A stretch of 62,480 bases of DNA from Catajapyx aquilonaris. Taxonomy: Eukaryota. Under the pieces are notes generated by a model. It saw only the letters and a program-made list of their open reading frames with translations, had not been told where the DNA came from and did not search any database. The translations under genes were made by a program, and so were the position numbers. Below are positions 36,100 to 48,014 of the stretch, in pieces. The DNA is taken from positions 62,001-124,480 of the forward strand of contig JYFJ02000538.1 of the NCBI GenBank assembly GCA_000934665.2, in the 5' to 3' direction. The number at the start of each line of letters is the position of its first letter. Positions within the stretch are counted from its first letter, which is position 1.

Positions 36100-39000
36100 T
36101 TAGACAAGGGTGGCTGCTGGAGAGCTGCTTTCATTCTCTGGCAGCCAAGCCAAGCCTTCTCCACTAGGTGTCTCACTGGGAGGCAGTTGAACTCTGAAAC
36201 AAACATAACCACAATGTAACGCTTGTTTGCAGACAACCCTAATTCATCACCACCTAGAAATCTTAGCTTACTGCATGGTACGAGATAAAAGACACATTTT
36301 TCAAAAGAAGCAACCCTTATAGCAGTGACAACAAAGATACCCCGAAATCTGAATGACTATGGGAAACACCACTAGAATATCCCAGTGAACGTGTCTATTG
36401 CATCCCCAGATACAGTGAAAACTTATCCATTACAAAAAAGATTCCTCGGTACAGTATTGGTCATATATCGAGGCAACCGCCAGCGACATTATCCGAAGCG
36501 GCAGAAGAAGGAATCTTGCTCGCCCGGCTTGTAGCATGCTTATCTTCGATTCCTTCTTCTGCCACTTCGGAAAATGTCGCTGGCATTTGCCTTGATATAT
36601 GACCAATACTGTACAAGATTCTCGTGATATTTACATTGAGAAGAAAAGCTACAACAACAGAGAACACCTCACCTGGAATTGGGAATGAGAGGCTGACACT
36701 GGGGAACAATAGGACGGTAGCCCCCTCTCCCAGCTTGCACTGCACCTGCCACTTGATTCTGACGCTTAAACTTAGTGCTGTACTTGTAGAAGTCAGACAT
36801 CTCAAATGGCTTGCAGACCTCCCTGTAGGGCTGCCAACTTCCAGGTTCCACTACCAAGTGGTTGGCTGGTGACTCAACTGGCAATGTGGCAGCCATCACT
36901 TCTGGACTCACTTCTGGAGCTACTTGGGGTGTCTCTGGAAGTGAGACAGGTGCTCTACCTGCAGCACTCTTAGGTCTCGTTGGCAGCAAGGGGGAGTCCA
37001 AAGATGTCTCAAGCCACTCTCGCTCTTTTGGTCTTTTTGGAGAATTTGACGTGGGTGGAGATAAGCATGTGGGGGGCTCGGAGTATGCACCTAATCCCGG
37101 AAATGATGCGGACGATATATCCAGTGATGAATCTGGGTAAGTGTGTCCTGGAAGGATTTGTAAAGTTCCTACGCTGACGGCGCGTGGAGGGAGGTGGAGG
37201 AGGGTGGTGGGGCGGAGAAGGGAGGTATGAGGATTGTACTGTTGGTGCTGCATTGGCAATTCCTCTTCCTCCTCAGGAAGGTGTGGGACCGGATCTGTGG
37301 AATGAATGGAAGGCATGGTTGAGTCATTAGCACAGGCCTATGTTGGACCTGGGCCAGTCTCTTGGAATATGCTTACATTGCTCATCTGAGCTGCTGCAGG
37401 GAAAGAAAAGTCACAAAAAGATAATGTGCCTTTTATAATTTAGGTGACTGGTCCTAAACTACATGTATGCAGCATTTCAAGCTTTAATGCACTCACTGCC
37501 TACTCAAGACATAATTTCCTTTAGTTGGTACTGGAACCAAAAGTGAAGTGATATGTGCATAGTCTCCATAATTTTACATATCATGCCATTGAGTTTGATT
37601 TTAAAATAATACCTGTCCCATCAATGGTGTCCAACCGGTCTAAACTCCTGGTGGGCACAACAGGAACTGGTACCACTCCTGTCCCTCGCCTGTCCAAGCT
37701 TCCAAAATATCCAGCCTTCTGTGGTGCCTGCCTGTGTCGCCATTGGTGCCTGACCCCCATGCTTGGTCTCCTAGTGTCTGGCTGTAGCAACTGAGCAGGT
37801 GGTACTGGCGATGGCTGCGGTGGCGTGGGAGGTGGGGGCATCGGTGGTGGAGGTGGGGGTGGTGTCCCTCCATCATCTGGACTAGGAGCAGTGGGAAGGT
37901 CTCCCAGACTTTCCAGGGAGCGGAAAGCCTGAGAGGTCCTCTGCTGGGGGAGATTGTACATGGCGCCACGATGGGGTTCTGATGGCTCTTGGGGACGGGC
38001 AGCAGGAGATAGTGACACCCCATCCCCAGCTGCCATCACTCCACCATCCTGAACTGGTCGGGGCTTCTTGCGCACCAAACGGACTTCCTGAAGGCGTGCC
38101 TCTGTTGCACGCAGCCTACAAATTATCAGAGCAGGTGTTTTCCACATGAATGCCATCTCCAAGTTCAATATTAGTGAGGTATATTTTTGCCACAAGAATA
38201 ATGAATTAAAAATTAAACACTTAAGGCCTGTTTCCCCCCTGAATAATTTTCAAGCACAAAAACCAAATTTGATGAAAAGCACAAAAATGGAGCATAAAAT
38301 CAAACACAATTTGGAATTACAAAATTTTGCACTTTCACAAATTGTGCCCGGCACAAAATGGAAATCAAAGATGGCCAACCACGCAAGGGTGTGAGACGGT
38401 GGACTTATCGGAATTATTTAGGGATAATTCAAGCACAATTGATGGTTAAATTGAGATAAACGATTTTTGGATGGGGGTTCAGTTTAAATTAAATACATTC
38501 GGAACTTTGGGTGCCCCCTTCCCACAGAGTACTCATGTTGTGAAAAGAATAAAAAATGTCCTGGTTGGAACAGGTCTTTAAATTTGTGCTGCACAAAATT
38601 GTCAAGGGACAAAAATTGTTCTGGCTTGCATTTTGTGCAGAACAAAAATTGTGCTGGTGGAAAGAGGCCTTTAGGTGCTGTTAAGAGAAGTTTGAGAGAG
38701 TCTTTGTGACAAAGTTGTAAAATGTTACTTGATGTCATCCTTGTTTTCCAAAATGTAAGTCATTCCCAACTGGCAAGTTATTATGTGCAAATAAGAATAC
38801 TATTTTGCAACCTGCACTTGAAATTCATAAAAGAAGGCAAATGTTAGAGGAAATCATGGTTTTCATCTATTCAAAATGCAAAACACAATCATCCTGCTCC
38901 TAACGCAGCACTTTGTAACTGTTTTTCCTCCCTCCGTGAAACCTTTTTGACTACTGATAACACTTCCCTAAAAGCCTGCTTTATTTTGTAAAACGCAAAT

Positions 39001-42000
39001 ACTATAAGGTGAAGTGGGGTAAGTGCATACACGGGGTAAGTGCATAAACTGGCCGCCATATTGGAATGAAAATGGCTGACATGCTCACCTCTTGTGGGGA
39101 TGTGATGTGCAGCTACACAAAAGAGTGCCTGACGTGTTTTGGTGTTGTCAGCCATTTTCATTCCAATATGGCGGCCCCGTGTATGCACTTACCCCACTTC
39201 ACCTTAACTATAATAGCATCCCTATCCACCACGTCATTGAGAACAATATCATTTTAAGTGGCACTACCAGTAATATATTGTAGTCCTCTTTAATGACAAT
39301 GCATAATGATTCAACAATAATGTTGTGAGCACTTGCTAGCCATCAACATTACAACTGAACACAGGGAAGCCAAATATCTTGCCTCTGTAAAGATTGCCTC
39401 CACAAGTCCTTCCTCTGCCTCCTGACTGCCCTTTTGGCTGTTGGCTCCCCAGCTAGCCTCTGTGCTGCAACACAAATCCTCCTCTGAAGTTCAAGCTCCA
39501 GCTCTAGGGCTGACAGGGTCTCCTCCTGACGCATGACAGCTGACTGGGGCAGTTCAAAGGAAGTCCCCACCCTTCGGCGCACCACCGGGGGCTCCTCTCC
39601 TGGTGCCAGTGGTGTTTCAGGAGGGAGGGATCCTGTCAGTTCTGCCTCACGGGTGCACAGAAGACGGAGCTCCGATGTGCGCTCCTGGAGGCGCTTTTCC
39701 AGGGCCTCCCGGCGTGCCTTCAAAGCAGCTACCATCTCAGCACGGGCTGCTGCACTACCTTCACTAGCACCATCTCCGTCTGGTGGAAAGTAATCAAATT
39801 AAGAAATGGCTGTAATCCAACAATGTTTGTGACAGAATTGTACTGCCCGTCACATGCTGCAAGCAATATGAGATGTCATGAATGAGAGGTTGTTCATAAA
39901 TAAATTATTGCCATTAGTCTTATACATACCTGCCCAAAATGCATTCATTTCATTTAAAACTCCCTTCAGTGTACAATATAATCCATAATCCACAAGAAAA
40001 AATCCATCAGTATTACCTGTCATGACAACACCTGAAATGCTATGGGCACTGCCACTGCGGCTCATTCCGGAAGAAGATCCAGAGGAAGCTGACAGAGATC
40101 CACAACTCCGAGAGAGCCCTCGAGCAATTTCACTCAAGCTTCTTTGCCCAGCTTGATGCTTCTGAATTATTAAGTTCACAAATGAATAATTGAATGCTCA
40201 ATCCATCAAGATACTGGATAGTTAAATGCGACCCTCACCTGCTTTCTATCCAGGTAGAACTGATGTTGTGCAATAGCCATCTGCCAAATGCTCTTCGTAA
40301 GTCCCTGGGTTTTGGCAAACCAAACGTGCACACTGACACCTCCAGGGACTACAGCTCTTCGTGCAAGTAGACTAGGAAAAGAGGAAATAAACCATGAATC
40401 TCTGAAGAGAACAACAAAGTGCAATAGAAAATAAATGAAAGAGAACCTCAATCTGGCATTTAAAATCCCAATAGTTGTTTGCACAATTAATAGCAAAATC
40501 CGTAACAAGTTGAACCTTGTTATTCAACTTTGGTAACAACATTTGAGACAATCAAAACTTAGGATCAACCACTCTCTTTCTCTGAATTCACTACCAATTA
40601 TGCAACCCACCCTAAAGCAGTTCACGATGTGACCACTTGATTTCAACAGATTTTAAGTGCTAACTGCTAAGCACTTGAGTTCACTGAAAATACTTACTGA
40701 GCATCAGTCAGAGCATCAGAAAGTCCTGATCGACTTGAATTGGATCGCCTGGGAGTGTCATGGACTTCTATGGAGAACTTACGATCACGAAAGTACAGGT
40801 TTTCTAGATGCTTCCATGGAAACATCTGAAGAAGAAACATTGGTATTTCGAGAAGGTGATTTACAGTATACTCATGTAGTGTATCAAAAAATATTTGTAA
40901 AAGCTCTCATGTGTGATTCTTGGAATTTCCATAGTGTTTGCAGCCAGATCTGCGAGACCTATTGCATTTATTTAAATAATTTCTATTTCACAGACAGTGA
41001 CAAAGGAGCGTGTCTTTCACTTCATAATTTTGATCTGTCATGGAGTGCCCATCCTACAATAGCATAAAGCTGGCTGAAACAAATCACATGAGCTCAATCA
41101 TTGCCATTGCAGAACCTAAGACAGTCATTTAGTGTACATATACACAGTGCATAAATGCTTCCTGGTTAATTCAAAGTCATCCGAAATTACTAATGACTTT
41201 GAGACACATTTCAACAATCTTGAAGTTAGGAGAACATAACCATGAGATTACAAAAAAGCAGTATTCCAGCTAGTGTCCTTCACAACTAATCACAACAATC
41301 ACTTCTTTCTAGCACTAGGACTTCTTACCCTTCGAGGTGTCTGCCTGTCTCCATAATCATACTGCGCTATTCCTCTGCAACTTACTCCAAGCCACCATGG
41401 CATGCTCCTCTTATCCCGGACCTCATAATAGTGCACGCCATATGTGTTCAAGGTCTCCACAATCTTCAAATAACTGCACAGAAGAACATATGAAGAAAAA
41501 TGATGACCACAAAATGTCAGTTAGGACTTACTCCACAATGGCCAGTCCTCTAGTGTGGCTCCGAAGTTTTCGGTGTTGCTCCAGAACTTGCTCCTCACAG
41601 AATTGAAGAGATGGATGTCTCTTGAGAAGTCCAGAAGGCAGGACTGCTAGCTTCCTCATCTGAGCTCGGGCCACCTCCTCACTTTAGATTTGTAAATCAA
41701 GAGGGTCAGTACAGTACTCTGCAGTAAGGATGGTGCATGAATCACTTACTCGAGTTGGTCCCCATGCTCAGCCTGAAGCGTCAAAGCAGCCAATCGGAAT
41801 GCAGTGTCAGTGTCAGTCGCCACTTGGCCCTGCAAAAATTAATACGAATCACAACACATGCATGGCTGCTTTAAAATGAAAAGGGAGTTCCCCAAATGTG
41901 AATAAAATGAATTAGGTGGTCTCACCTTGAAGACCAGACTGCGTGCCTGAAGGAAAAAAAGCTCCACAGTCTGAGTATCCTTGAGTTGGGTGAATGCCTC

Positions 42001-43026
42001 CACAAAGAACCTGCAAAGTGGTATAGTACAAATTATATGCCTTTCTCATCTACAATCAGTAATCAGCCATGCAGGAACTGGGTGCTGCCTGCCTTGATAT
42101 TACTAATTAAAATATGAGTTAAGATCAACTTACTTGACCAGGAAGTAAAGGGTGAGAAGTGCAGGAGAGTTGGAGGAGCTCTTTGGTAGCTCATGTTCCA
42201 ACACCCTCTTGTCCTGCTGCAACCAGCAAAAGTGGCCCCTGCACAAAAACAAATAGTCACTATAGCAACATCATAAAAGCTTGGGGTGGGGCTCCTGACC
42301 CCACCCAGGCCCCACCTCCACTTAATATGATGCCAATAACCAGTCTGACAAGTGCAAAGGGAACCACATGTGGCCTTCACTCAATAAGAGGGTTATTAAA
42401 ATTTAATGAAACACAACAAGTGGTAAAATACAACATGCTATGGGGAGAGGGGGGGGGGGGNTTGAGACCTAACTGTGACAAGGAGGTACTGTAGGGTATA
42501 ACTAATTGTGACAGTTGAACGAAAGTTTGCATTGACATTGTATACAGGGAATGCCTCTCTCCGTCTCTCCCAGTGGTTCTTATTTTGATTTATAAAATGT
42601 GAACTTCTGAGCAACAAATGCGGTCTTGAAACCACAACTCTGCTAGACTTATAAGACTGATATAAGCTTAGTTTCCCAGGCAGGAAATAACAAAAATATA
42701 AAGTTAGGGAGGAAAGAGGGGAAGTCCACAGTAGCATGATGTATTCGTTTTTTAGGGGCAAGGGCTTAGTCCTGAGTGATCACATTTGACATGGGGATAG
42801 GGAGAATATTTTAAATGGACAGTAAGGGTGGATGACTCTTGACTAAAAATTAACAACAGACATACGTGTCATCCAAGACTGCTAAGCCAAAGAACTCCTT
42901 TTCTCGCAGAGAACAATGTGATGCCACCAGGTCTAGCAACTCTCCAGCAGTCAGTCGTGGCTGGACTGTCAATTCCAGGCGACGTTCGTCCAGGAGAAAC
43001 ACTTGGCAACGCCGACCTTCCGGCAT
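36100..43026 (-). CDS. FRMD4A: FERM domain-containing protein 4A/4B-like (FERM, cytohesin-binding coiled coil, C-terminal PDZ ligand)
   Basis: Exons 42866-43026, 42134-42238, 41926-42010, 41750-41829, 41532-41681, 41329-41473, 40698-40825, 40239-40371, 40017-40161, 39383-39779, 37613-38115, 36673-37393 and 36100-36193. Motifs: MPEGRRCQVFLLDERRLEL, TYGVHYYEVRDK, WKHLENLYFRDRKFSIEVHD, IWQMAIAQHQFYLDRKQ, REAELTGSLPPETPL...RRRVGTSF; ends ATLV*. The model needs one GC-AG intron and contains an in-frame TAG at 37338-37340. Confidence 0.9.
36452..36611. mobile_element. 160-bp hairpin MITE (Tc1/pogo type) in the last FRMD4 intron
   Basis: TA|CAGTATTGGTCATATATC ... GATATATGACCAATACTG|TA, with about 63-bp near-perfect arms. 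Confidence 0.9.
38224..38670. mobile_element. PIF/Harbinger-type MITE
   Basis: TTA|AGGCCTGTTTCC ... GGAAAGAGGCCT|TTA, with a 3-bp TTA TSD and internal GCACAAAA / TTTTGTGC repeats. Confidence 0.7.
39007..39204. mobile_element. 198-bp MITE with TA TSD
   Basis: TA|AGGTGAAGTGGGGTAAGTGCATACACGGGG ... CCCCGTGTATGCACTTACCCCACTTCACCT|TA perfect TIRs, with a second inner inverted repeat GGCCGCCATATTGGAATGAAAATGGCTGACA. Confidence 0.9.
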
Positions 43027-44733
43027 CTATCAAGGGAAAGGGAAGTTGGTTAACTCACAGTAGATTCATTTAGAGCAGTGATGTGTCCTCCTCAAGCCTT
43101 TTGAAACGGGAGAACCCAATTGTGTCACAACCAAAAGAAGCCCTGTGATTCATAAAATTATGCTGGCCAAGACACACACTTCCAACCAGATGGTCCACAG
43201 TCTTCACACTGATTTTTTATATGCATTACAAGGCATCTTATTTCTTATCACAAATCCAGTTATGCAAGTTACCTGGATATAAACCAAGCATGAAAGTGAC
43301 ACAATCATCTGGCCAATCACCATCTACATTGCTAGATTAGCAAGCAATGCTTATTAGAAATTAATGTAACAGTTAAAATTAATGAAGCTACATACAAATG
43401 TTCAAATGACAGAGTTCAGCATGGTCAGCCCATTATTTCACTTGAAATTAGAAGCAGAATTTATGCAGTCTCTTACAAGTCCACACCCCGAGTGCTCTAC
43501 TGTGCATACCAGCTATTTAATAGATGCAATTCCCCATGATTTAAAGGGCCAAGAGTCTCCAATATATCTTGCAGGAATGACATTCAATTGTTCCAAGAGG
43601 AATGCCTGAATGCATGGCCTGAGACACTCCCACCTGTTTCCATCCTTCTCATGAGCTTAATTTCCTCCAGTATTATAATTAGCGCCCAAGAAGCGCGGGA
43701 AGGCCAATGAATGATGCACACTCTGCCCTTGAAAAACTACATGCAATCAAATAAAAGAACAAAGTGCCAGGGAAACTTTTTTGTGCCACTATTATTTTTT
43801 TCCCTGCCTTCTCCATAACCACCATTAAGGCAGACATCACTTTCCCTTATTCACTATACCATGCAGCTGGTAACATGAAGCATATAATCAGATGTGATGA
43901 TAGCATAGCTCCCTCTTTTTCGCATCACAAAAAAACAGGTTTATGGCGTCAGAAAAAACCAGAAGTGTTTACATTACTAATTTTAGTTGACATTGGAGCT
44001 AAAAAAGGGGGAACATTACTGTACAGCATTTCACCCATTTAGTTTTCAAAATAAGGTAATCAACGTGTCATCGCCTCCCTGCAACCTTCAGAAATCCCAC
44101 CCAAGAGATTTAAATCAATTTGCATATCCACAAGGTCCGTTTCTCTTCAAAGGATTCGAAACTATTGGCATCAGAATTACTGTGACCAAAGTTTCTCTGT
44201 CTAGGCAGGATCAGGCACAGAAACTTTCCGTTCCCCGAAAATAACATCCGACATAATAATAATTCCGACATAATAATACCGCGAATCTTACTCATTATAC
44301 TCCTTGCAAACCCCAAAGAAAATGTAGGTTACGACGAACCTTGCACGCGATAAGTTTCGCAATTTTTTCTCCCTTTCTTTTATACACACAATCACCAATA
44401 GGTATTTTGCGTGAGTTCCAATTGAAATGTCTGTAATATTTGTTTTTAAGTACGTACGCTCAAAATTCAGCACTACTGAGATTCAACTGGAACAAACTGT
44501 ATTTCTACACCATTGTCAGTCCAGGATAATTAACAGTTTAGGTCACGATCCACATTTCCACCACCACACGTCGCGACAACCCCGGAAAAGGCACAAATAG
44601 CACATTGTGCATTATGTATGCACCTGCGTTCTTGAATAATGAAAAGCGCTCCACGCCTAACATAAACCCGCTGTTTGAACTACGGGTTACAGGGTACGTG
44701 GGCAAAAAAAAAACAACAATGCATCCAAATTAC

Positions 44734-44778
44734 CTTGATCCGACTTGCAATCTCCTTGTAGAGTCGATCCGACCCCAT
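44734..44778 (-). CDS. FRMD4A: Putative alternative first exon of FRMD4 (MGSDRLYKEIASRIK)
   Basis: atcATGG start and AAG|gtaatt donor at phase 0, compatible with the acceptor at 43026. CpG-rich surroundings. Confidence 0.5.
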
Positions 44779-45930
44779 GATCGGAACCAGGGCCGAAAAA
44801 CACACGCGCCCGTCACAAACAACAGCTCTGTCGCATGTGAATTATTCCTGACGCATACATCACGCATGTTGTGTATCCCACACACCGGTCACGAGGTTGC
44901 CATGCTGTGCACCTGAGACTCCACGAATGAAAACGGTTTTTGTGTTTTAAAGGGGGGGAAATATCCAGACTAATCCTCCACCCCCTTCAACCCCTCTTCT
45001 AAAAAAAGAGGGGGTCTTCCGGTGACCCTTCGAGTCCAACGGACTCTTACTTCCGCTGTCTTTTTGGTTATCGCATGCCCGGCCGAGGGGTCATTCAAAG
45101 GTACCGCATGTTTCAAGCAGATGCCAAATATAGAAGTGTGCTGAAGCCAGACAGATGTATCATGTGGGGAAATAAATAATTCGTCCCCTTACATGACCAA
45201 AGAAGGTTACATTAATAAACTGTCAAAAAAACATATTTTTTTTTAGGAAAAGAAGGGAGATCTTGCAACCGCTTGTGTGGTGTTTCATACATATTCATTG
45301 AAATTCTGCATAACAATAATTACGATGTTCCGTGACATCTAGCCACGTTGTAAAACGATAACATGTCATTCATCGTAAAATCGGCTCCAAACAATTTCAT
45401 TGCTGCAGCTAGTTGGGTGTATGTCTGCAGCTACAAATTATCAAGTAATAATACTAACAACAACAATAACGGGGAGTGCCTCATAAGTGGATTTAAAAAA
45501 ACAACCTGACCTTGACCATTACACATTATGACACTGACATACTTGAAAATCCAGGGATTGAACTCTGGACTCTGAAACTGCTGTGGGCTAGGCCACTACA
45601 CATATAGCCCAGTTAACTTTTTACTACAAAACAATACATGCGGATGACCCTTTCATCTCTTGCTGAGGAAGGATATTGCCAGGGGGGTAGGGAGGTGTTG
45701 AGTCCTCGTTTGAAACTTGCTTCAAAGAGTGTATTTTTCTTGTTATTTTTTCCCATGGGAGGTTTTTTTTACCCGCCCTAATACCTTTTGCATGTTATCA
45801 GCACGATGTCTACGCTACTTGTAAGACAAGGGAAAATATGATAAATGATCGAATTGGGGATCACCAGTGATTTAATCTGATTTATTGGCAGAGCCAAAGT
45901 AATTTCCATTTACAATAAAATGACATAATA

Positions 45931-46247
45931 CACTGTACTCCTGATTATCCAGGCTAATGACTGCATGGGTTTCACCGGATAATCGGAAAATGGTTCTAGA
46001 TATCGTAAAAGCGAGCTGTTCAGAGGTTTTAAATGAATTATACTGTACGTACTGTATGCTGCTTTAAATACAGTTTAATCAAAATAATTAAACTTCCCAC
46101 ACATTTTTAGCTTGTCTTCTGGAAAAAGTATGTTATATCATTTTATTTGTTTCCGAGACATATTGACATATTTTTGGAATTTTATTTATTTTCCTTTGTT
46201 TTGGCAATGCATGAAAAATCAGCACCAGGATAATCGGGAGTACAGTG
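45931..46247. mobile_element. Tigger/pogo-like MITE, copy 2
   Basis: TA|CACTGTACTCCTGATTATCC ... GGATAATCGGGAGTACAGTG. Same family as 22544-22856. Confidence 0.8.
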
Positions 46248-46892
46248 CAGATCAAATCAACTTAAGACATGAATGAGGTGGGGAAAATGTATGGCACTTC
46301 AGTACAAGTTGACGACAACCATTATTGGTGACAACTCAATTAAATTAAATGTATTGTTTAGAGCAGATTTGCTTTATGGGCAACCATAGGCACATGCACA
46401 ATGAGTATTTGCATCAGAAGCTAATCATTCTGCTACCACTGTGCATAACATTACACATTCAAAAAAAGTTTTAAAAAATTCTGTAGAAGTCATTCGAACT
46501 CAGGCTCCTGAAAGCTAACACAGGAGATCACAGAACATAGAATAAATTATTTGTGGGTCTGATTTCACCACACAGATTAGTCAAGAAAATGACCTTGTCA
46601 AAGTATATCACATTGTCATCTGCAAAAGTAACAGACAGGTTTCACATGGAAACAATAATTCTTTTGTTATGGCCAGCACAGAATTAGCATGTCAAATGTT
46701 GACAATTAGGGCACATAACAACCGAAACAGTTATTTACCCTGTGAGGGGAAAAAATGCAATCAACTTGCACTAACTTTCTGCCATACTACTTGTGTCAAT
46801 TACTGATTAAACCAGCTCGACCTAACCAACCATGCACTGATAATAATCTTCATATTTCATATTCTGCAGTTAGTGTATGTCAATGATAATAT

Positions 46893-46911
46893 CAATAACA
46901 ATAACAATAAC

Positions 46912-46947
<36 letters not shown>
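46893..46947. repeat. (AAC/AAT)n microsatellite
   Basis: AATAAC units followed by a pure AAT run. Confidence 0.95.
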
Positions 46948-46948
<1 letters not shown>

Positions 46949-47993
46949 TGTAACATCCCACAATAGGAATATATGGCTTATTATTTTGGTGACCTCTTCA
47001 ATTCCATTCTTTATCATATGTCAATGAAAACAGACTTTGCAAGGGAAAGGAAATGGCAGCAGCACTTGAGAAAGCCCACATGCACACACAGAGAGAGCCT
47101 ATCACAACTCTTTTCCACATTAACAAATTATTTCCTACTGAATGTTGAGGGATCAAACACAAGATCTTACAATTAGACATGTTCATGGCATCCCTTGAGT
47201 CTAAACTCTAAAGCATTATGCCATCATGCCACCGCACCGGCTTGGTATACTCAGGTGGAATTTCTCTGTTTTGCAAAAACTTTTCGTGCGGCATGTGTTT
47301 CCATTATATGCAAAAAAAATCTTAAGACAATCTTCTGCCAAAACCTAAATTAAATTGCATAACAGAGACAAGGTTCCACCAAATGCAACATGCATTGCAA
47401 GTATGTTTCACTGTGGTAAATTTTCACTACTTGGCATATCATTCATTACAATTTACAGAACCACCAATATAAGTACAATGCAAGCAAAAAATAATACACA
47501 GTATCACTCACCATGTGCCTACCAACCCAAGCATCACAAGCCTTGATCGCAATCAAACCGGCTCACTTCAGAAGCAATAAAGGTAATATTACTCAGAAAT
47601 CAACCTTGAATTCGGGAAGCCTGTTCTAGATGACAAGGCACACTGTATATGTGATATTCTTGCAACACTGATACTGCTGCTACAATTTTAAAATTAATAT
47701 ACACTTAAAACCACTTAATACTTCATAAAAACAATTCATAAACAAATTGCAGGGAATTTGGCATGAATGCTTGAATATGTGGCAATAAACCTAAGTGACG
47801 CTACGTAGCAAGTTATGCTTGATAAAGGGTCAGTACTTGGCTACACGTATTCCAATTTTGTTTGACTGTCAAGACGTAACATTCTGCGGACAATGGCAAC
47901 TTTGTGTTACTGGTTCGTCACTTGCTTACGCGCTACAACTGTCATTCTAGTGACAATGCGCAGAACTCCTAGCAAATGAGGCATGCAACCCAC

Positions 47994-48014
47994 CTTGTCA
48001 AAGCTCATGTCCAT
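47994..48014 (-). CDS. FRMD4A: Putative alternative first exon of FRMD4 (MDMSFDK)
   Basis: gacATGG start and AAG|gtgggt donor at phase 0, downstream of a CpG-rich region at about 48250-48550. Confidence 0.45.

Noticed and set aside
44230..44290. Short tandem CCGACATAATAAT repeats
   Set aside because: Possibly Helitron-associated, but only 2-3 units with no definable element ends.
45540..45612. Degenerate minus-strand tRNA-like SINE head
   Set aside because: Only a B-box-like GAGTTCAATCCC is recognisable, which is too decayed to call.
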